DNA of 63,731 nt, the filler included, from Octopus bimaculoides (lineage: Eukaryota): assembly GCF_001194135.2 (NCBI RefSeq). It is 5 parts of 5 records of this genome, joined end to end, with 100 filler letters (N's around TTAATTAATTAA, not from the genome) between each part and the next. Parts side by side here need not be neighbours in the genome. Positions count along the whole stretch, not along the records: positions 60,326 to 63,731 come from NC_068994.1; 4 more parts are not named here. One strand, 5' to 3'. Shown piece after piece: positions 63,030-63,731 of this stretch (position 1 is its first letter; each line of letters starts with the position of its first letter). The notes under the pieces were generated by a model that made no database searches, was not told where the DNA came from, and was given only the letters and a program-made list of their open reading frames with translations. The position numbers were made by a program, and so were the translations under genes.

Positions 63030-63320
63030 ATGAATTCTCCAGTAATAAGGGTGTTGGTCTGCACGTCTATCTTCTGCATCGTTTTCATGCAAGTCACAGA
63101 AGCTGCCAGACCGGGGTGTTGTTTTATCGATATCTTCTGTTCTCGTTCTTGTCTCTTCTCTCGATCGACGTACGTCAGTCGATTTAAGGGAATTTTTAGC
63201 CCTCACAAAAGGTCGGTTGATTCTCAAAGCACTTATACTGAATACTTAAAACGGAAGGTGCGGCGGAGCATTGCCCATAGCATGCGCCGCGTATTTGGAA
63301 AGCCGGGAGGTACTGGGTAG
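63030..63320 (+). CDS. Candidate secreted cysteine-containing prepropeptide (neuropeptide- or toxin-like), 96 aa
   Basis: Non-repetitive, GC-richer island. Basic n-region, hydrophobic VLVCTSIFCIVFM, cleavage-like VTEA|A, then RPGCCFIDIFCSRSC, KR, KRKVRR, RR and F-G-K. A at -3 of the ATG; AATAAA at 63452-63457. No family recognised. Confidence 0.5.
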   Translation: MNSPVIRVLVCTSIFCIVFMQVTEAARPGCCFIDIFCSRSCLFSRSTYVSRFKGIFSPHKRSVDSQSTYTEYLKRKVRRSIAHSMRRVFGKPGGTG

Positions 63321-63692
63321 ATATTTTATATAATGTGGCCTCGTAGTCCATCACAGAAGTTAATAAGACCCTTCCTGCAACTACTACTACTACTTCTACT
63401 TTTACCACCTACAACGATAATATTACCATTATTATTATTATCAATATTATTAATAAATTGCTGATAAAAATAATTATGGTGATAATTATAACAATATAGA
63501 AAGGCATTGTCATATGTGTGCTTATGTGTATGTATATATATACATAGATAAACACGCATATGAATATATATGTATATGTGTGTGTATATATATATATATA
63601 TATTTATATGTGTGCACAAACATATATGCATATGTTATCTATGTGTAAATTACTTCAGTCAAGGTGTGCATTTGCATATATATGTACATATC

Positions 63693-63727
<35 letters not shown>

Positions 63728-63731
63728 ATAT

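Noticed and set aside
62949-63227. 92-aa minus-strand ORF overlapping the candidate peptide gene
   Set aside because: No recognisable features; best explained as the antisense shadow of the plus-strand ORF.

Overview
AT-rich, microsatellite- and gap-riddled animal genomic scaffold. The SINE families and repeat landscape point to an octopus (coleoid cephalopod); this is inferred, not proven. One certain protein gene is present: an intact, intronless glutaredoxin-3/PICOT (32024-33004, minus). Most of the rest is tRNA-derived SINEs, decayed hAT and mariner DNA transposons, MITEs, and LINE fragments (RTE, CR1-like, Tx1/L1-like, R4/Dong-like). Four 100-bp artificial scaffold linkers (N44-TTAATTAATTAA-N44) mean order and orientation across those joins are uncertain. 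Two non-obvious signals stand out. (1) A canonical heat-shock promoter: seven perfect contiguous nGAAn units, then TATA at -30, then a TCAGTT initiator at 14841-14926. It sits inside a possible solo LTR and reads into a 131-bp tandem repeat with no long ORF. (2) A 96-codon ORF at 63030-63320 with the architecture of a secreted prepropeptide: signal peptide, CC-x5-C-x3-C motif, dibasic cleavage sites and a possible amidation signal. Family names for TE fragments come from motif recognition by eye, and many boundaries are approximate.
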